The notes beneath the pieces were generated by a model that was not told the DNA's origin, searched no databases, and worked only from the letters and a program-made list of their open reading frames with translations. The position numbers and the translations under genes were made by a program. A stretch of DNA of 64,000 bases from a virus. Its lineage: Duplodnaviria; Heunggongvirae; Uroviricota; Caudoviricetes. The stretch is taken from positions 1-64,000 of the IMG/VR virus record IMGVR_UViG_3300002835_005179; one strand, written 5' to 3'. This document shows positions 37,830-47,289 of the stretch, one piece after another (within the stretch, counting starts at the first letter, position 1; each line of letters opens with the position of its first letter).

Positions 37830-38140
37830 TGCCGCCTTCTGTTTCCAGGTGGCGGCGAACCCAGTCTTATGCTGTTTAAGCAGCAGCAGACATTACTAAT
37901 ACGTTAGTATTTGCGTTTATAGTTTACGCTGTTATGGTAGTCGTCTACCAGAAATCTACTCTCATCTATTCCTGCCAATCGATACTGATTCAGGCCCACC
38001 AAAGTATACTCTTTGTCAATATCCCCGCAGATATCATACGTTTGGTGTAGGACTCAACTTCATAGGTCGAGCGAGTATACTTTGGTGGACCTGCTGGGTT
38101 CCGCCCCCAGGTCTTGCACAGTTGTTGAATCGGATCAACG
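37830..38140 (-). ncRNA. GC-rich structured non-coding island (candidate ncRNA, minus strand)
   Basis: About 300 nt at roughly 50% GC in a 30%-GC genome, with no ORF. It contains long complementary segments (GGCCCACCAAAGTATACTC ... GAGTATACTTTGGTGGACC; GCCGCC..GGCGGC). Read on the minus strand it ends in a GC hairpin followed by ATTTTC. Confidence 0.3.
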
Positions 38141-38449
38141 ATTTCAATTTTTATTTATTAGTCTTCCTCTCACCAATCCAAAAGATTCAGTCTCAAATAT
38201 CAAATAATTATTTGTGCCATCATTATACCAATGTCTTGTGTTTCCCAAACCATCTCTTCTGCCGTTTCACTGAAAATGCCCATAGTCTTTTCTAATTCCT
38301 CAATAGCAATATTCTTATTTGTAATTCTATTTTTGGTAGAAAACGAATCTATAACAAGACCCGTTGTTAAATGTATTAACCTGACACCAGCTGGATTCTC
38401 ATTCAATTTTTGATCTGGTGTCAGGAAATATTCAAATGTACACTGTGTG

Positions 38450-38923
38450 TTAATCGTGTGAATATTCATCCACATCAATTTGACCATTACGATATACATT
38501 AATCTCTGCATGATCACCAAACATTTGACGAAGATCTTCATCTTCAAACATAGATAGAAGTTCGTCTACTTCATTATATGCCTTCTTTATTGAATCGATC
38601 GAATCGAAAGAAAGATCTTCAAGATCAATCTCTTTACTATATTGTTCGTTATTCAAAGTCCAGTTATCAACATGATCACAAGAGTTATTGAATCTATAAT
38701 AATCTCGATTAACACCAAATACACAAGTGTCACCATCATTGAAATAAGGTGTATATTGATTCCAAGAAAATGAATTCAATTGTGGATTGTCATTGAAGAT
38801 ATCTTTTGTGATATCACCAAATACACTCTTTGCGTTATCTCGTAACATCTTCATATGTTCGTCACGAATTACCTTAAATTCATTAATCTTTGCAATAAAT
38901 TCATTCTTAGTCATATTAATCAA
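38450..38923 (-). CDS. hypothetical protein
   Basis: 157-aa ORF. Confidence 0.45.
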   Translation of the reverse strand: MINMTKNEFIAKINEFKVIRDEHMKMLRDNAKSVFGDITKDIFNDNPQLNSFSWNQYTPYFNDGDTCVFGVNRDYYRFNNSCDHVDNWTLNNEQYSKEIDLEDLSFDSIDSIKKAYNEVDELLSMFEDEDLRQMFGDHAEINVYRNGQIDVDEYSHD

Positions 38924-39311
38924 TCCTCATTTTATTAGTTACAGTTTTTGCAATTTTCTTGTGAGAAGAAGGAACAGTGTCTTTACCAGCATTCATCCAA
39001 GATCTATATTCCATTTCTTCCAAATAATCAGAAGCATTTGGAATATATCGATTACCAAAATCCTCTAGGATATGTTGCTCACCAATATCCCTGACAGATA
39101 CATTCCGACCATCAGAATTTTTGATATTCACCCCAAATATTTTTTCTAAGATAGTTGAAAGAAACCAAGAATTATGAGTTAATGCACGATGACGATTATC
39201 TGACATCGCACCCTTCGACGAATCCATCAGATTATGGATATCAAAATAATCTTCTGGAACACCACCAAACTTCTTAGCAGAAGATACTGCGTGAATCCAA
39301 GGTTTTGCCAT
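38916..39311 (-). CDS. hypothetical protein
   Basis: 131-aa ORF. Confidence 0.45.
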   Translation of the reverse strand: MAKPWIHAVSSAKKFGGVPEDYFDIHNLMDSSKGAMSDNRHRALTHNSWFLSTILEKIFGVNIKNSDGRNVSVRDIGEQHILEDFGNRYIPNASDYLEEMEYRSWMNAGKDTVPSSHKKIAKTVTNKMRID

Positions 39312-39324
39312 AATTTATTATACC

Positions 39325-39870
39325 TTATTCAATTGTTCTAGTCAACTTGAACCCGACAGTTCCGCCTTCTGATTTAATTTTAGCACAGACTTCTTCGAAA
39401 AGAATCGGTGCATACTCAGTGTGTTCGACGCAGACATTATGATATCTAATATCTGGAATATTATTGACGTGGAGATGGCCATGAATATTACATCCAAATC
39501 TACCAAGCGATTCATTATGAACTGGAATATGACTCAAGATCATACCATTCATCACATGATACGAACGAATGTCACGAAAATATTCTGTGTAATCCGACAA
39601 CTTGAAGATATCATGATTGCCACGAATCAAGATCTTATCTCCATTCAGTCTAGATAAAATTTTAAGGTTCTTTCTAGAAATGACAACATCGCCTAGATGA
39701 TAGATCTTATCATTTGGTTTGACTCTTGCATTCCAAGCTTCAACCATATATTCATCCATTTCTCCGGCCGAAGAGAACGGTCGCATCGGCGACCCGTCTT
39801 CCCTCTTAAATACTGTACATGTTTTCTCGTGACCAAAGTGGGTGTCACTAATTAACCAAACTGAAGGCAT
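39325..39870 (-). CDS. calcineurin-like metallophosphoesterase
   Basis: DTHFGH, GDVV and GNHD motifs. Confidence 0.7.
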   Translation of the reverse strand: MPSVWLISDTHFGHEKTCTVFKREDGSPMRPFSSAGEMDEYMVEAWNARVKPNDKIYHLGDVVISRKNLKILSRLNGDKILIRGNHDIFKLSDYTEYFRDIRSYHVMNGMILSHIPVHNESLGRFGCNIHGHLHVNNIPDIRYHNVCVEHTEYAPILFEEVCAKIKSEGGTVGFKLTRTIE

Positions 39871-39878
39871 AATTTTCT

Positions 39879-40253
39879 CTATAGATCCTTTTCTAAATTC
39901 TGATTAACATGATTCCACGTTCCACATCCAAATGCATTTCGTGTTTCTTTAAGAATACAACTGTATAAAGAATCGTATTCGTTTCCCCTATAAACATACT
40001 TATCTGTTTCTTTGTTGAACGTAATCGATTCTTTAAATTTATCTGCTTCTATGAGCATATTTAATAAGATGTTATATTTTTCAAGTAAGTTTGCAGCATT
40101 CTTTTGTTCATCTTCAGTTGCGCAACCAGATTTCAATTCAAAATATACATCCCAAACACCCGCAGATGTGATAGAATCAATTGTATGTTGTTCTTTGTTG
40201 AGAACAACAATCATTCTTTGTTTTAATGCTTCTATTCGTTTAGATTGTGACAT
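39879..40253 (-). CDS. hypothetical protein
   Basis: 124-aa ORF. Confidence 0.4.
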   Translation of the reverse strand: MSQSKRIEALKQRMIVVLNKEQHTIDSITSAGVWDVYFELKSGCATEDEQKNAANLLEKYNILLNMLIEADKFKESITFNKETDKYVYRGNEYDSLYSCILKETRNAFGCGTWNHVNQNLEKDL

Positions 40254-41017
40254 TATCGATTCGCTTCCGGATTAATACGATTGATATAATCAAGAGCATC
40301 GTCTACAGAGTTGAAGACTGGACGCCCATAAGCATCAATCTGGCACTTGCCAAGAATAAACTTCGGACCATAGACATCAAGACTCAGATCACAAGAGCCA
40401 TTTTTGAACGACAACCGAACGAACTCTTTTCCGGAACCAGAAACCTTATTCAAAGTCGAATAGAGTTGGAGCTTTTCTGACTTATTCTGAAGGATATACT
40501 CAACAACTTCATCACGAGTCATGTTCTGACGCATTTCACGAGGATATCCGCCATCCGTACGATAGACGATAACCCAAGCAGAACCTGAAAGACCATAACC
40601 AGAACCAGTGATCTTGGCATAAGCTGGAGCCATTTCTTGTTTTTCTACGAAACCAAGCTGCTTCTGTTTCCTAGAATTTTCACCAACAGGCAGGAAAATA
40701 CCAGTAAATTTATCGGTCTTAGGATCAACAATCGCCCAAACTGAACGGAACGACTTCCCGAAACCACGATATCGATCACGAACTTGAATGATCTTAGCAG
40801 GAACTCGTTCACCAGTCTTGGCATTGAACAGACCAGGAAACGAAGAAACCCAACCAGCATCCGCCAATTCAGCTAAAGTTTGATTCAGATTCGAGCTGAT
40901 ACCAGAAGCCCATTGTGAAAGAAACCCATCGGTATCGCACCGATCGAAAGAATCTTCACGATCCTGGATATTGCGAGCAGCCATTTGGCGATACTCATCA
41001 GCAGTAAGCTTTTCCAT
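40253..41017 (-). CDS. hypothetical protein (locally elevated GC)
   Basis: 254-aa ORF, noticeably more GC-rich than its neighbours. Confidence 0.45.
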   Translation of the reverse strand: MEKLTADEYRQMAARNIQDREDSFDRCDTDGFLSQWASGISSNLNQTLAELADAGWVSSFPGLFNAKTGERVPAKIIQVRDRYRGFGKSFRSVWAIVDPKTDKFTGIFLPVGENSRKQKQLGFVEKQEMAPAYAKITGSGYGLSGSAWVIVYRTDGGYPREMRQNMTRDEVVEYILQNKSEKLQLYSTLNKVSGSGKEFVRLSFKNGSCDLSLDVYGPKFILGKCQIDAYGRPVFNSVDDALDYINRINPEANR

Positions 41018-41060
41018 ACATTCAGTATACCGTATCCTTCGTCTGAATCAAAGTTTTTTC

Positions 41061-41188
41061 AGAACTATATTCTCTTTATTTTCAATAACTTACGGTAAAT
41101 CGTTGATTCTAAACGAGATATTCTTCCGAAGAATATTCTCTTTGTTTTCAATGACTTGTTGCAAGTCATTCATTTTAAACGGAATATA
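41061..41188. repeat. palindromic intergenic element, tandem copies 2 and 3
   Basis: AGAACTATATTCTCTTTATTTTCAATAACTTACGGTAA...GAGATATTCTTC then GAATATTCTCTTTGTTTTCAATGACTTGTTGCAAGTCATTCA (10-bp perfect inner palindrome). Confidence 0.6.
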
Positions 41189-41202
41189 ATTTACAAAAAA
41201 CT

Positions 41203-41230
41203 TTGATTCGGATCTCCAATAAGGTATAAT
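41203..41230 (+). promoter_or_regulatory. TTGATT-N16-TATAAT promoter (leaderless start)
   Basis: AATAAGGTATAAT ends 6 nt before the ATG at 41237. Confidence 0.5.
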
Positions 41231-41236
41231 GGTTAT

Positions 41237-41626
41237 ATGAAGAAGAGAGAAACCGCTAAAGAAAAACGTGAACGATTGGCTCTTGAAGAGCAAATTCGAA
41301 ATGATAATGAATGGCTTGAATTGAAGAATCAGTATCCAACCATCCTTTTGGATTTCGTGTTCGTCTTCTCGAAGCTTCCTAATTACGAAGTAAACAAGCA
41401 CGAAGCAGTATATTCCTTCACTGATCTTGTATATGATTCTCCATTCTTTCTTCCGATTGTCTTACCCAATGATTATGATTTTGATGTGATCTTCGAAATC
41501 CAAAGAATGAATGATTATCTCGAAGAAATTCGCCTGAAAGAAGAGTACGAGAAAGAGAAGAATCGAAAGATCTATGCTGCTCTTGCTAAGTTAACCAAAG
41601 AAGAAAAAGAACTGTTGGGTCTGTAG
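41237..41626 (+). CDS. hypothetical protein
   Basis: 129-aa ORF that ends with TAG. Confidence 0.5.
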   Translation: MKKRETAKEKRERLALEEQIRNDNEWLELKNQYPTILLDFVFVFSKLPNYEVNKHEAVYSFTDLVYDSPFFLPIVLPNDYDFDVIFEIQRMNDYLEEIRLKEEYEKEKNRKIYAALAKLTKEEKELLGL

Positions 41627-41704
41627 AATCGACATCGTCTTCGGAGAAAGAAATGAAACAAACAATCAATATTAAATATCGTGTTGATTTAATCGAATCT
41701 GAAC

Positions 41705-42154
41705 GTGGCTGGGCCAAACATTATTTTTGACCAAATACTTCGAAATATGATCTGGGAATCGATCTTTCTCAAATATTGTGATTATGCAAAAACCAAATTG
41801 AATGTATCGGATATTACTATATTTGTAAATGAAGAACAAGAATCATTATTTGAGAAGATCGATTTCTTCGTTGATGGGTGTGTATTTATTGAAGATGATT
41901 GGACAATAATAGATTTATACACCGAATCATATGATCGTTACGATTTACTATTATGTGTGTTGATTCACGAAATTGGTCATGTTATCTGTTGGAATAAATA
42001 TGGTTACGATCATACTGAAGAAGATGCTTGGGATAATGGTGGATCTATCTTAGAACAAAACGAAATTCCGGAATGTTTTGATCTGGTGAAAGTTGAGGCT
42101 TTGAGTAGTTATGCTAGAATTGCAAAAATTTCTGAACACGAATTTTGGCGATAG
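41705..42154 (+). CDS. small HExxH (zincin-like) protein
   Basis: LIHEIGHVICWNKYGYDHTEEDAWDNG. A paralogue is at 57777-58172. Confidence 0.4.
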   Translation: MAGPNIIFDQILRNMIWESIFLKYCDYAKTKLNVSDITIFVNEEQESLFEKIDFFVDGCVFIEDDWTIIDLYTESYDRYDLLLCVLIHEIGHVICWNKYGYDHTEEDAWDNGGSILEQNEIPECFDLVKVEALSSYARIAKISEHEFWR

Positions 42155-43208
42155 GCTTCGTCTGTCAAGCGAATATGGTGTGTATTCTAAACAACACAAT
42201 CAATATCCAAATCTGTACCAATTCACTTATGATCAGATTGAATCTTCGAAGATCAAAGATCATCCGATCGTGCGAGAATCTCGTGGTATTATCCTGGATC
42301 GTGATGCCTCTTGGTCGGTAGTTGCTCGTCCTTTCGATCGATTCTTTAATTGGGGCGAGAATGTCACTGAAGTTAACTTTGATTGGTCTTCCTTTGTAGC
42401 ACAAGAAAAGATTGACGGATCATTAATGATCCTATACAATTATCTTGGTAAATGGAATGTTGCCACCAAAGGTTCTCCTGATGCGAATGGTACTATCGGT
42501 GATAATTCGTTCACATTCGCTGAGTTATTCTGGGAAACCTTCAAACAACAAATGTATTCTGTTTCTGATCTAGATCCTAGAAATACATATATGTTTGAAT
42601 TGACTTCAAAGTATAATCGTGTAGTTACTTCTCAGTTGAATAACGAAGGCAAGTTAACTCTAATTGGTGTTCGTGATAATAATACTGGTCAAGAGTTTCC
42701 AGTTTCTTTGTACAAAGATATCTTCGATGTGGTTCGATCATATGATATGAATACTATCGATGAGATCTTAATTGCAGCAAAAGAACTCGATCCTTCTAAA
42801 CAAGAAGGCTTCGTTCTAGTTGATAAGAACTATAATAGAATCAAAGTTAAGTCAGAGAAGTATGTTTTGATTCATCATCTGAATTCTGGTAACGTTCGCC
42901 GCAGCTTACTAAATCTTTGGAAATCAGGAGATTCGGAAGAGCTATTATCATATCATACGGAATTTCGAAATGAATTTAATAATTTAGATGCGTCTATTCA
43001 TTTATTATGCCAAGAAATAGACAATGGATGGTCGATGACAAAACACATCATTGATAGGAAAGAATTTGCTTTAACTGTTAATCAATACTACAAACATATT
43101 TCATCTGCCCTTTTTATGAAAAAAGATAATAAATTGAAAAATACAATAGATTATTTTAAAAATATGGATATTAAAAAATTAGAAAAAATATTAGACTTTG
43201 TTATCTGA
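42111..43208 (+). CDS. RNA ligase (Rnl1-like, KxDG nucleotidyltransferase)
   Basis: Motif I EKIDGSLM. Size of 365 aa. Co-occurs with polynucleotide kinase (pseT) in the window. Confidence 0.55.
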   Translation: MLELQKFLNTNFGDRLRLSSEYGVYSKQHNQYPNLYQFTYDQIESSKIKDHPIVRESRGIILDRDASWSVVARPFDRFFNWGENVTEVNFDWSSFVAQEKIDGSLMILYNYLGKWNVATKGSPDANGTIGDNSFTFAELFWETFKQQMYSVSDLDPRNTYMFELTSKYNRVVTSQLNNEGKLTLIGVRDNNTGQEFPVSLYKDIFDVVRSYDMNTIDEILIAAKELDPSKQEGFVLVDKNYNRIKVKSEKYVLIHHLNSGNVRRSLLNLWKSGDSEELLSYHTEFRNEFNNLDASIHLLCQEIDNGWSMTKHIIDRKEFALTVNQYYKHISSALFMKKDNKLKNTIDYFKNMDIKKLEKILDFVI

Positions 43209-44012
43209 AATACGAGAAAGACGATTATTTTTTCTAGTTTCTACCATTTGAGATTTTTGTTTCAAACTAATAATTCGTCCTGGAATAAGTAAATGATTTG
43301 TATCGTCGATATGTTCTAGATCCTTTACTTTAATAAATATATTTTTTGTCCCATCATTATACCACTTCCCTCCCTTATTATTTTTCTTATTTTTATTTTC
43401 TATCAAAGAGGCGGACCGTTTTTTCTTCGTTTCTTCAGATTGTTTTTTATTAAAAGAAGGATTTTTAGAACCCAATTTAGATTCAGACATATTTTTTTTC
43501 TGTTTATCGGTTCTTTTTTGTCCGACGACATATGTATTGCCCAATTTAGATAAACCCATTTTCTTACGGTGAATTTCAGATTTTCTTTTACCTAGTAGTG
43601 CAGCAGATATTTCGGCTTTGGTTTCTGGAGTGTGGTTCTTTCCATACCTAGGAGACTTTTCTCCAGTTTTTCCATACATAGGAGACTTTTCTCCAGACCT
43701 TTTGTCTAGTGCTTCCGGAGTGTATTTATAACCAGACACCCCTTCCCCGCCATCGGTCTTATTTCTCAGGATTCCTGTTCCTAGATCTTTTCGACCATAA
43801 AACTGTATTAGTCTTATTTCTTCGTCGAAGGCTTCTGATTCTGACAGATTTTCGAAGAGAATAGATATTCTAGAAGATTCAACAGGACGAAATCGTCTCT
43901 TACACCAGGCTCTGTTACCCTGACCTTTTCCAATATAATATGGAGTCCCATCTTCTCTTAGAAAAGCATAGACATAGAATCTGGCTGGGTCTTTATAAAT
44001 AGTTTTAGACAT
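43191..44012 (-). CDS. GIY-YIG homing endonuclease with NUMOD3 repeats
   Basis: FYVYAFL..GTPYYIGKGQGNRAW GIY-YIG motif and repeated GEKSPxYGK/NHTPETK NUMOD3-like modules. Start reset to the ATG preceded by GGGAGG. Confidence 0.8.
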   Translation of the reverse strand: MSKTIYKDPARFYVYAFLREDGTPYYIGKGQGNRAWCKRRFRPVESSRISILFENLSESEAFDEEIRLIQFYGRKDLGTGILRNKTDGGEGVSGYKYTPEALDKRSGEKSPMYGKTGEKSPRYGKNHTPETKAEISAALLGKRKSEIHRKKMGLSKLGNTYVVGQKRTDKQKKNMSESKLGSKNPSFNKKQSEETKKKRSASLIENKNKKNNKGGKWYNDGTKNIFIKVKDLEHIDDTNHLLIPGRIISLKQKSQMVETRKNNRLSRISDNKV

Positions 44013-44212
44013 ATAAGCTACCTCCCAAGTAGTTTGTGTGTTCAGATGGGAGAAAGCGAACACTTTCTCCCCATAATTATTTATAAAAATATATTCTTGA
44101 CTATTTTATCAGAATTTGAAATTATCAAAGTTCTTCTTATATGAAGATCCTCACCGTACTTGCGAATTGTATGAAAGTTCTAATTGGTATAAGTTTAAGA
44201 AATTCATTCGCT

Positions 44213-44241
44213 TAGAAAAATAAAGGGGCCGCTGGCCCCTA
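44213..44241 (-). terminator. rho-independent terminator (minus strand)
   Basis: AGGGGCC-gctg-GCCCCT hairpin with a T-run on the minus strand. Confidence 0.6.
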
Positions 44242-45051
44242 TTTCTTTATTTGTAATAACATTTTCTGAAGTGCGTTAAATAGATTCTTCTCATTAGAGA
44301 ATTGTTCATAATTCATCATTAATTCTAAATCGTTATCTAACTTGGAATTAGTATTTGTCATAATCAATAAAGACTCATATTCTTCATATCCTTCCGTGTC
44401 AACATAAACAGATTCGACGGATTCAACTCCATCTGGAGTCATAAACACTGCAGACAATTCATCAGGATTTTCTGGAATAGAAGTAAGTTTATCTGACAAA
44501 GAAATAGATTCTATAAAATCATCTTTTGTTCTTTGTAACTCTTTGGATACAAATAATCTGACGCCAAGTATTGCCCAAATCTTGATTCCTTCTCTTCCAT
44601 ATAAATTCTTCCACATCTTTCTTGCACCAGCAGATTGAGTATCTAATGCTGCAAGATTGATTCCCCTCTTTATCAATCCCATATATGTTGTAGGCATAAT
44701 TCCTTTTCCAATATATTCTGTTTTCAAATATGAATTGATGATCTCATAAAAATCATATCCGTACCGATTATATATTGGTCTCTTGTATAGATGCAACATA
44801 CCAATACATCTTGGGGTCTTGTTGACCATAACCCAATTAGTTATGTATGTTACTGGCCCCTTTGTAAAATATCTGACTTCTATAATAATATCATCTTTTG
44901 TTTTAAACAAAAGAGGCTTATCAAATTCACTATATATTGTTGCATATTCTTGTGAACTTGGAAAATCTCGTGTTGATTTAGCGAAATCTTTCGTGATTGA
45001 AAGATTTCGCTGTAATTCTACTATATGATTAGAAAATTCTTTAAATAACAT
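44239..45051 (-). CDS. hypothetical protein inside an inserted cassette
   Basis: 270-aa ORF flanked by a 36-nt direct repeat of the gp41 3' end. Confidence 0.5.
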   Translation of the reverse strand: MLFKEFSNHIVELQRNLSITKDFAKSTRDFPSSQEYATIYSEFDKPLLFKTKDDIIIEVRYFTKGPVTYITNWVMVNKTPRCIGMLHLYKRPIYNRYGYDFYEIINSYLKTEYIGKGIMPTTYMGLIKRGINLAALDTQSAGARKMWKNLYGREGIKIWAILGVRLFVSKELQRTKDDFIESISLSDKLTSIPENPDELSAVFMTPDGVESVESVYVDTEGYEEYESLLIMTNTNSKLDNDLELMMNYEQFSNEKNLFNALQKMLLQIKK

Positions 45052-45062
45052 ACATATATTTA

Positions 45063-46463
45063 TTAGAATTTGAAATTATCGAAGTTCTTCTTATATTTCG
45101 AAGAACCATATCCTGAATCAAATTCACCATAATTATTATCCTGATAAGGATCTTGAATACCACCTTCTCCATCAATCTGAATATCACCGATATCAAATAA
45201 TCTCATCTTAGATCTATCAATACCAACCAAGAATTTCTTATTCTTAGTCACATCATTATATCTATTCTTCAACTGTTTAATCATCAACTGACCAAGTTTT
45301 TCTAATTCTTCTGTATTAATTAGAGCAATCATGAAATCGCAAGTGGCGGCGACGCCGAAACTTTCTGCAATATCACCCATACCAGCATCAGAATCAGACG
45401 CTCCAGATCTCGTAAATTGTGATGCGGATACGATCGGAAGATTAGCTTCTACAGCAAGACCACGAACTTCTTCAGCAATAGACTTAACCAACATATAAGA
45501 ATTTACTTGACCGTTATTCTTAATTCTTGAAGAAGCACAAATATTCAAATAATCAATATAGATAATATCTGGAATAAACTTCTTCTTTAGAGCAAGTTCA
45601 TGTAGAAGATATCTGAAGTGTGATACGTTGGCTGAACCAGTTGGATATTCCTTGATAACCAACTTGCCTGGTGTTCGACTTTCTAACTTATTAATTAGTG
45701 ATAAGAATTGTTTCTTAGAAATTTGTTTTAGAGTATCTAAGGTAATATCCAATAGATTCGCATCAATTCTCTCGGCGATTCTTTCTTCAGCCATTTCACA
45801 TGTAATATACAAAACATTCTTACCATCAAGAACATTAGAAGCTGCCATATGACACATCGCCAAAGTTTTTCCAGCATTAACACCACCAAGAATTAAGTTT
45901 AGCGTTTTTCTCGGAAGTCCTCCACCAGTAATAAGATTTAAATTCTGGATATCAAAACGAATTCTCTCTTCTTTCTTATGATAAAATTCAAATCTTGTTT
46001 CTGCATCAGAAACAAAATCATGACCAACTGATGGATCGAATGTAATTGCAAGAGCTTCTTTAAGAATTTCAGGAATAGAACCTTTATCTCTAGTATCTTT
46101 TTCATCAGATATAATCTTAATAGAATCTAAGATTGCATTATGCAATGATTTTTCTTTACAAAATGATTCAGTCTGTTTGATCAAGAATTTTAAATCAGTT
46201 TGCTCATTCTTCGACCAAGAATCTAATAGATTAGATATTACTTCTGAGTCTTCAATTTTAATCTTCTTAGATTCAGAAGTCATAATCTTAATAGCTTCTA
46301 CGGAAGCTTGTTTATTATATTCTGTGACAAACGAATTAATGAATTTAAATATACTTCTATCATTATGATCCGAAAAATATTCAGACTTTAGAAAGGGTAA
46401 TACTGATCTAGTATATTCTTCGTTATGTAAGAGATTCTTTAAAACCAAATGTTCAATTTTCAT
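45063..46463 (-). CDS. gp41: replicative DNA helicase (DnaB-like)
   Basis: Walker A GGVNAGKT and the DnaB-family C-terminal domain. Start reset to ATG at 46463 (GGAGAAAACTAATTATG), because the upstream 48 codons of the track ORF lie in the repeat locus. Confidence 0.85.
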   Translation of the reverse strand: MKIEHLVLKNLLHNEEYTRSVLPFLKSEYFSDHNDRSIFKFINSFVTEYNKQASVEAIKIMTSESKKIKIEDSEVISNLLDSWSKNEQTDLKFLIKQTESFCKEKSLHNAILDSIKIISDEKDTRDKGSIPEILKEALAITFDPSVGHDFVSDAETRFEFYHKKEERIRFDIQNLNLITGGGLPRKTLNLILGGVNAGKTLAMCHMAASNVLDGKNVLYITCEMAEERIAERIDANLLDITLDTLKQISKKQFLSLINKLESRTPGKLVIKEYPTGSANVSHFRYLLHELALKKKFIPDIIYIDYLNICASSRIKNNGQVNSYMLVKSIAEEVRGLAVEANLPIVSASQFTRSGASDSDAGMGDIAESFGVAATCDFMIALINTEELEKLGQLMIKQLKNRYNDVTKNKKFLVGIDRSKMRLFDIGDIQIDGEGGIQDPYQDNNYGEFDSGYGSSKYKKNFDNFKF

Positions 46464-46896
46464 AATTAGTTTTCTCCTGTGATAACGACCAAGAATTAGA
46501 GTCTGAACCTGAGCCTGAAGAAGATAAATTTGCAGACCAAGATTCTGATTTGGGTATCTCTCCGGACCAAGACCAGGATCCCGATCTGCGTGAATTTCCA
46601 ATTCCACTCCATGATCCAGAAAATAAACGAGTCCAATATATATATTCTGATTTCTTTCTTAATTTGTGAATCATAAATTGGATGTCCCGGATTTAGAACC
46701 ATATCGATATCTACTGTCGGTAATCCATGATAGATAATGATTAGATTGGCCAGACTTAGAAGATAAGAAGATACTCGAAGAGGTTCCGCATCTATGGAGA
46801 CCGGAGAAGAACCTCTTCTTGGAATTAAATCTCAATCTAATAGATTTTCTTTTTGTTGTTAACATATTTCCATTTATCTTGAATAATCTAGAATAA

Positions 46897-47064
46897 TTAA
46901 TTTCCAGACCTAGACCAAGACCTAGACCTAGACCTAGACCAAGACTCAGACCTAGACTCAGACCTAGACCAAGACCCAGACCTAGACCTAGACCTAGACC
47001 AAGACCAAGACCAAGACCCAGACCTAGACCAAATAATTCTTTTGTAAATTGATTTCTTTATCAT
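46897..47064 (-). CDS. micro-gene B1: MIKKSIYKRIIW + (X-Ser)n
   Basis: Header ATG at 47064, open Ser-X frame, ends SGN-TAA. Confidence 0.45.
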   Translation of the reverse strand: MIKKSIYKRIIWSRSGSWSWSWSRSRSRSGSWSRSESRSESWSRSRSRSWSRSGN

Positions 47065-47068
47065 ATTT

Positions 47069-47275
47069 TTAGTTAGACCTAGACCCAGACCTAGACCTAG
47101 ACCAAGACTCAGACCTAGACCCAGACCAAGACCAAGACCCAGACCCAGACCAAGACCTAGACCTAGACCCAGACCAAGACCCAGACCCAGACCCAGACCC
47201 AGACCAAGACCAAGACCCAGACTCAGACCTAGACCTAGACCCAATATTTTTTTTGTAAATTGATTTCTTTATCAT
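47069..47275 (-). CDS. micro-gene B2: MIKKSIYKKNIG + (X-Ser)n
   Basis: 68-aa ORF from the track with the same header. Confidence 0.45.
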   Translation of the reverse strand: MIKKSIYKKNIGSRSRSESGSWSWSGSGSGSGSWSGSRSRSWSGSGSWSWSGSRSESWSRSRSGSRSN

Positions 47276-47289
47276 ATTACAATTATAAC

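Larger units (their letters stand above)
46453..47275 (-). repeat. inverted second locus of tandem micro-genes: two intact units plus two decayed units
   Basis: Reverse complement of the header and (NGGTCT)n cores at 46897-47275. Decayed units at 46453-46865 still encode Ser-alternating peptides. Confidence 0.9.

Noticed and set aside
37830-38140. Group I intron or retron msr/msd in the GC-rich island
   Set aside because: There is no interrupted host gene, and neither a homing endonuclease nor a reverse transcriptase is adjacent. The interpretation is kept only as a generic structured-RNA candidate.
38013-38547. Protein-coding ORFs (64 aa and 115 aa) inside or adjacent to the GC-rich island
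   Set aside because: They have no RBS, show atypical composition, and overlap extensive secondary structure. They are more plausibly non-coding.
45063-46607. The 48-codon N-terminal extension of the gp41 helicase ORF (MELEIHADRDPGLG...)
   Set aside because: The extension is read-through of the decayed repeat unit. A good RBS (GGAGAAAACTAATT) precedes the ATG at 46463, and MKIEHLVLKNLL aligns with helicase N-termini.
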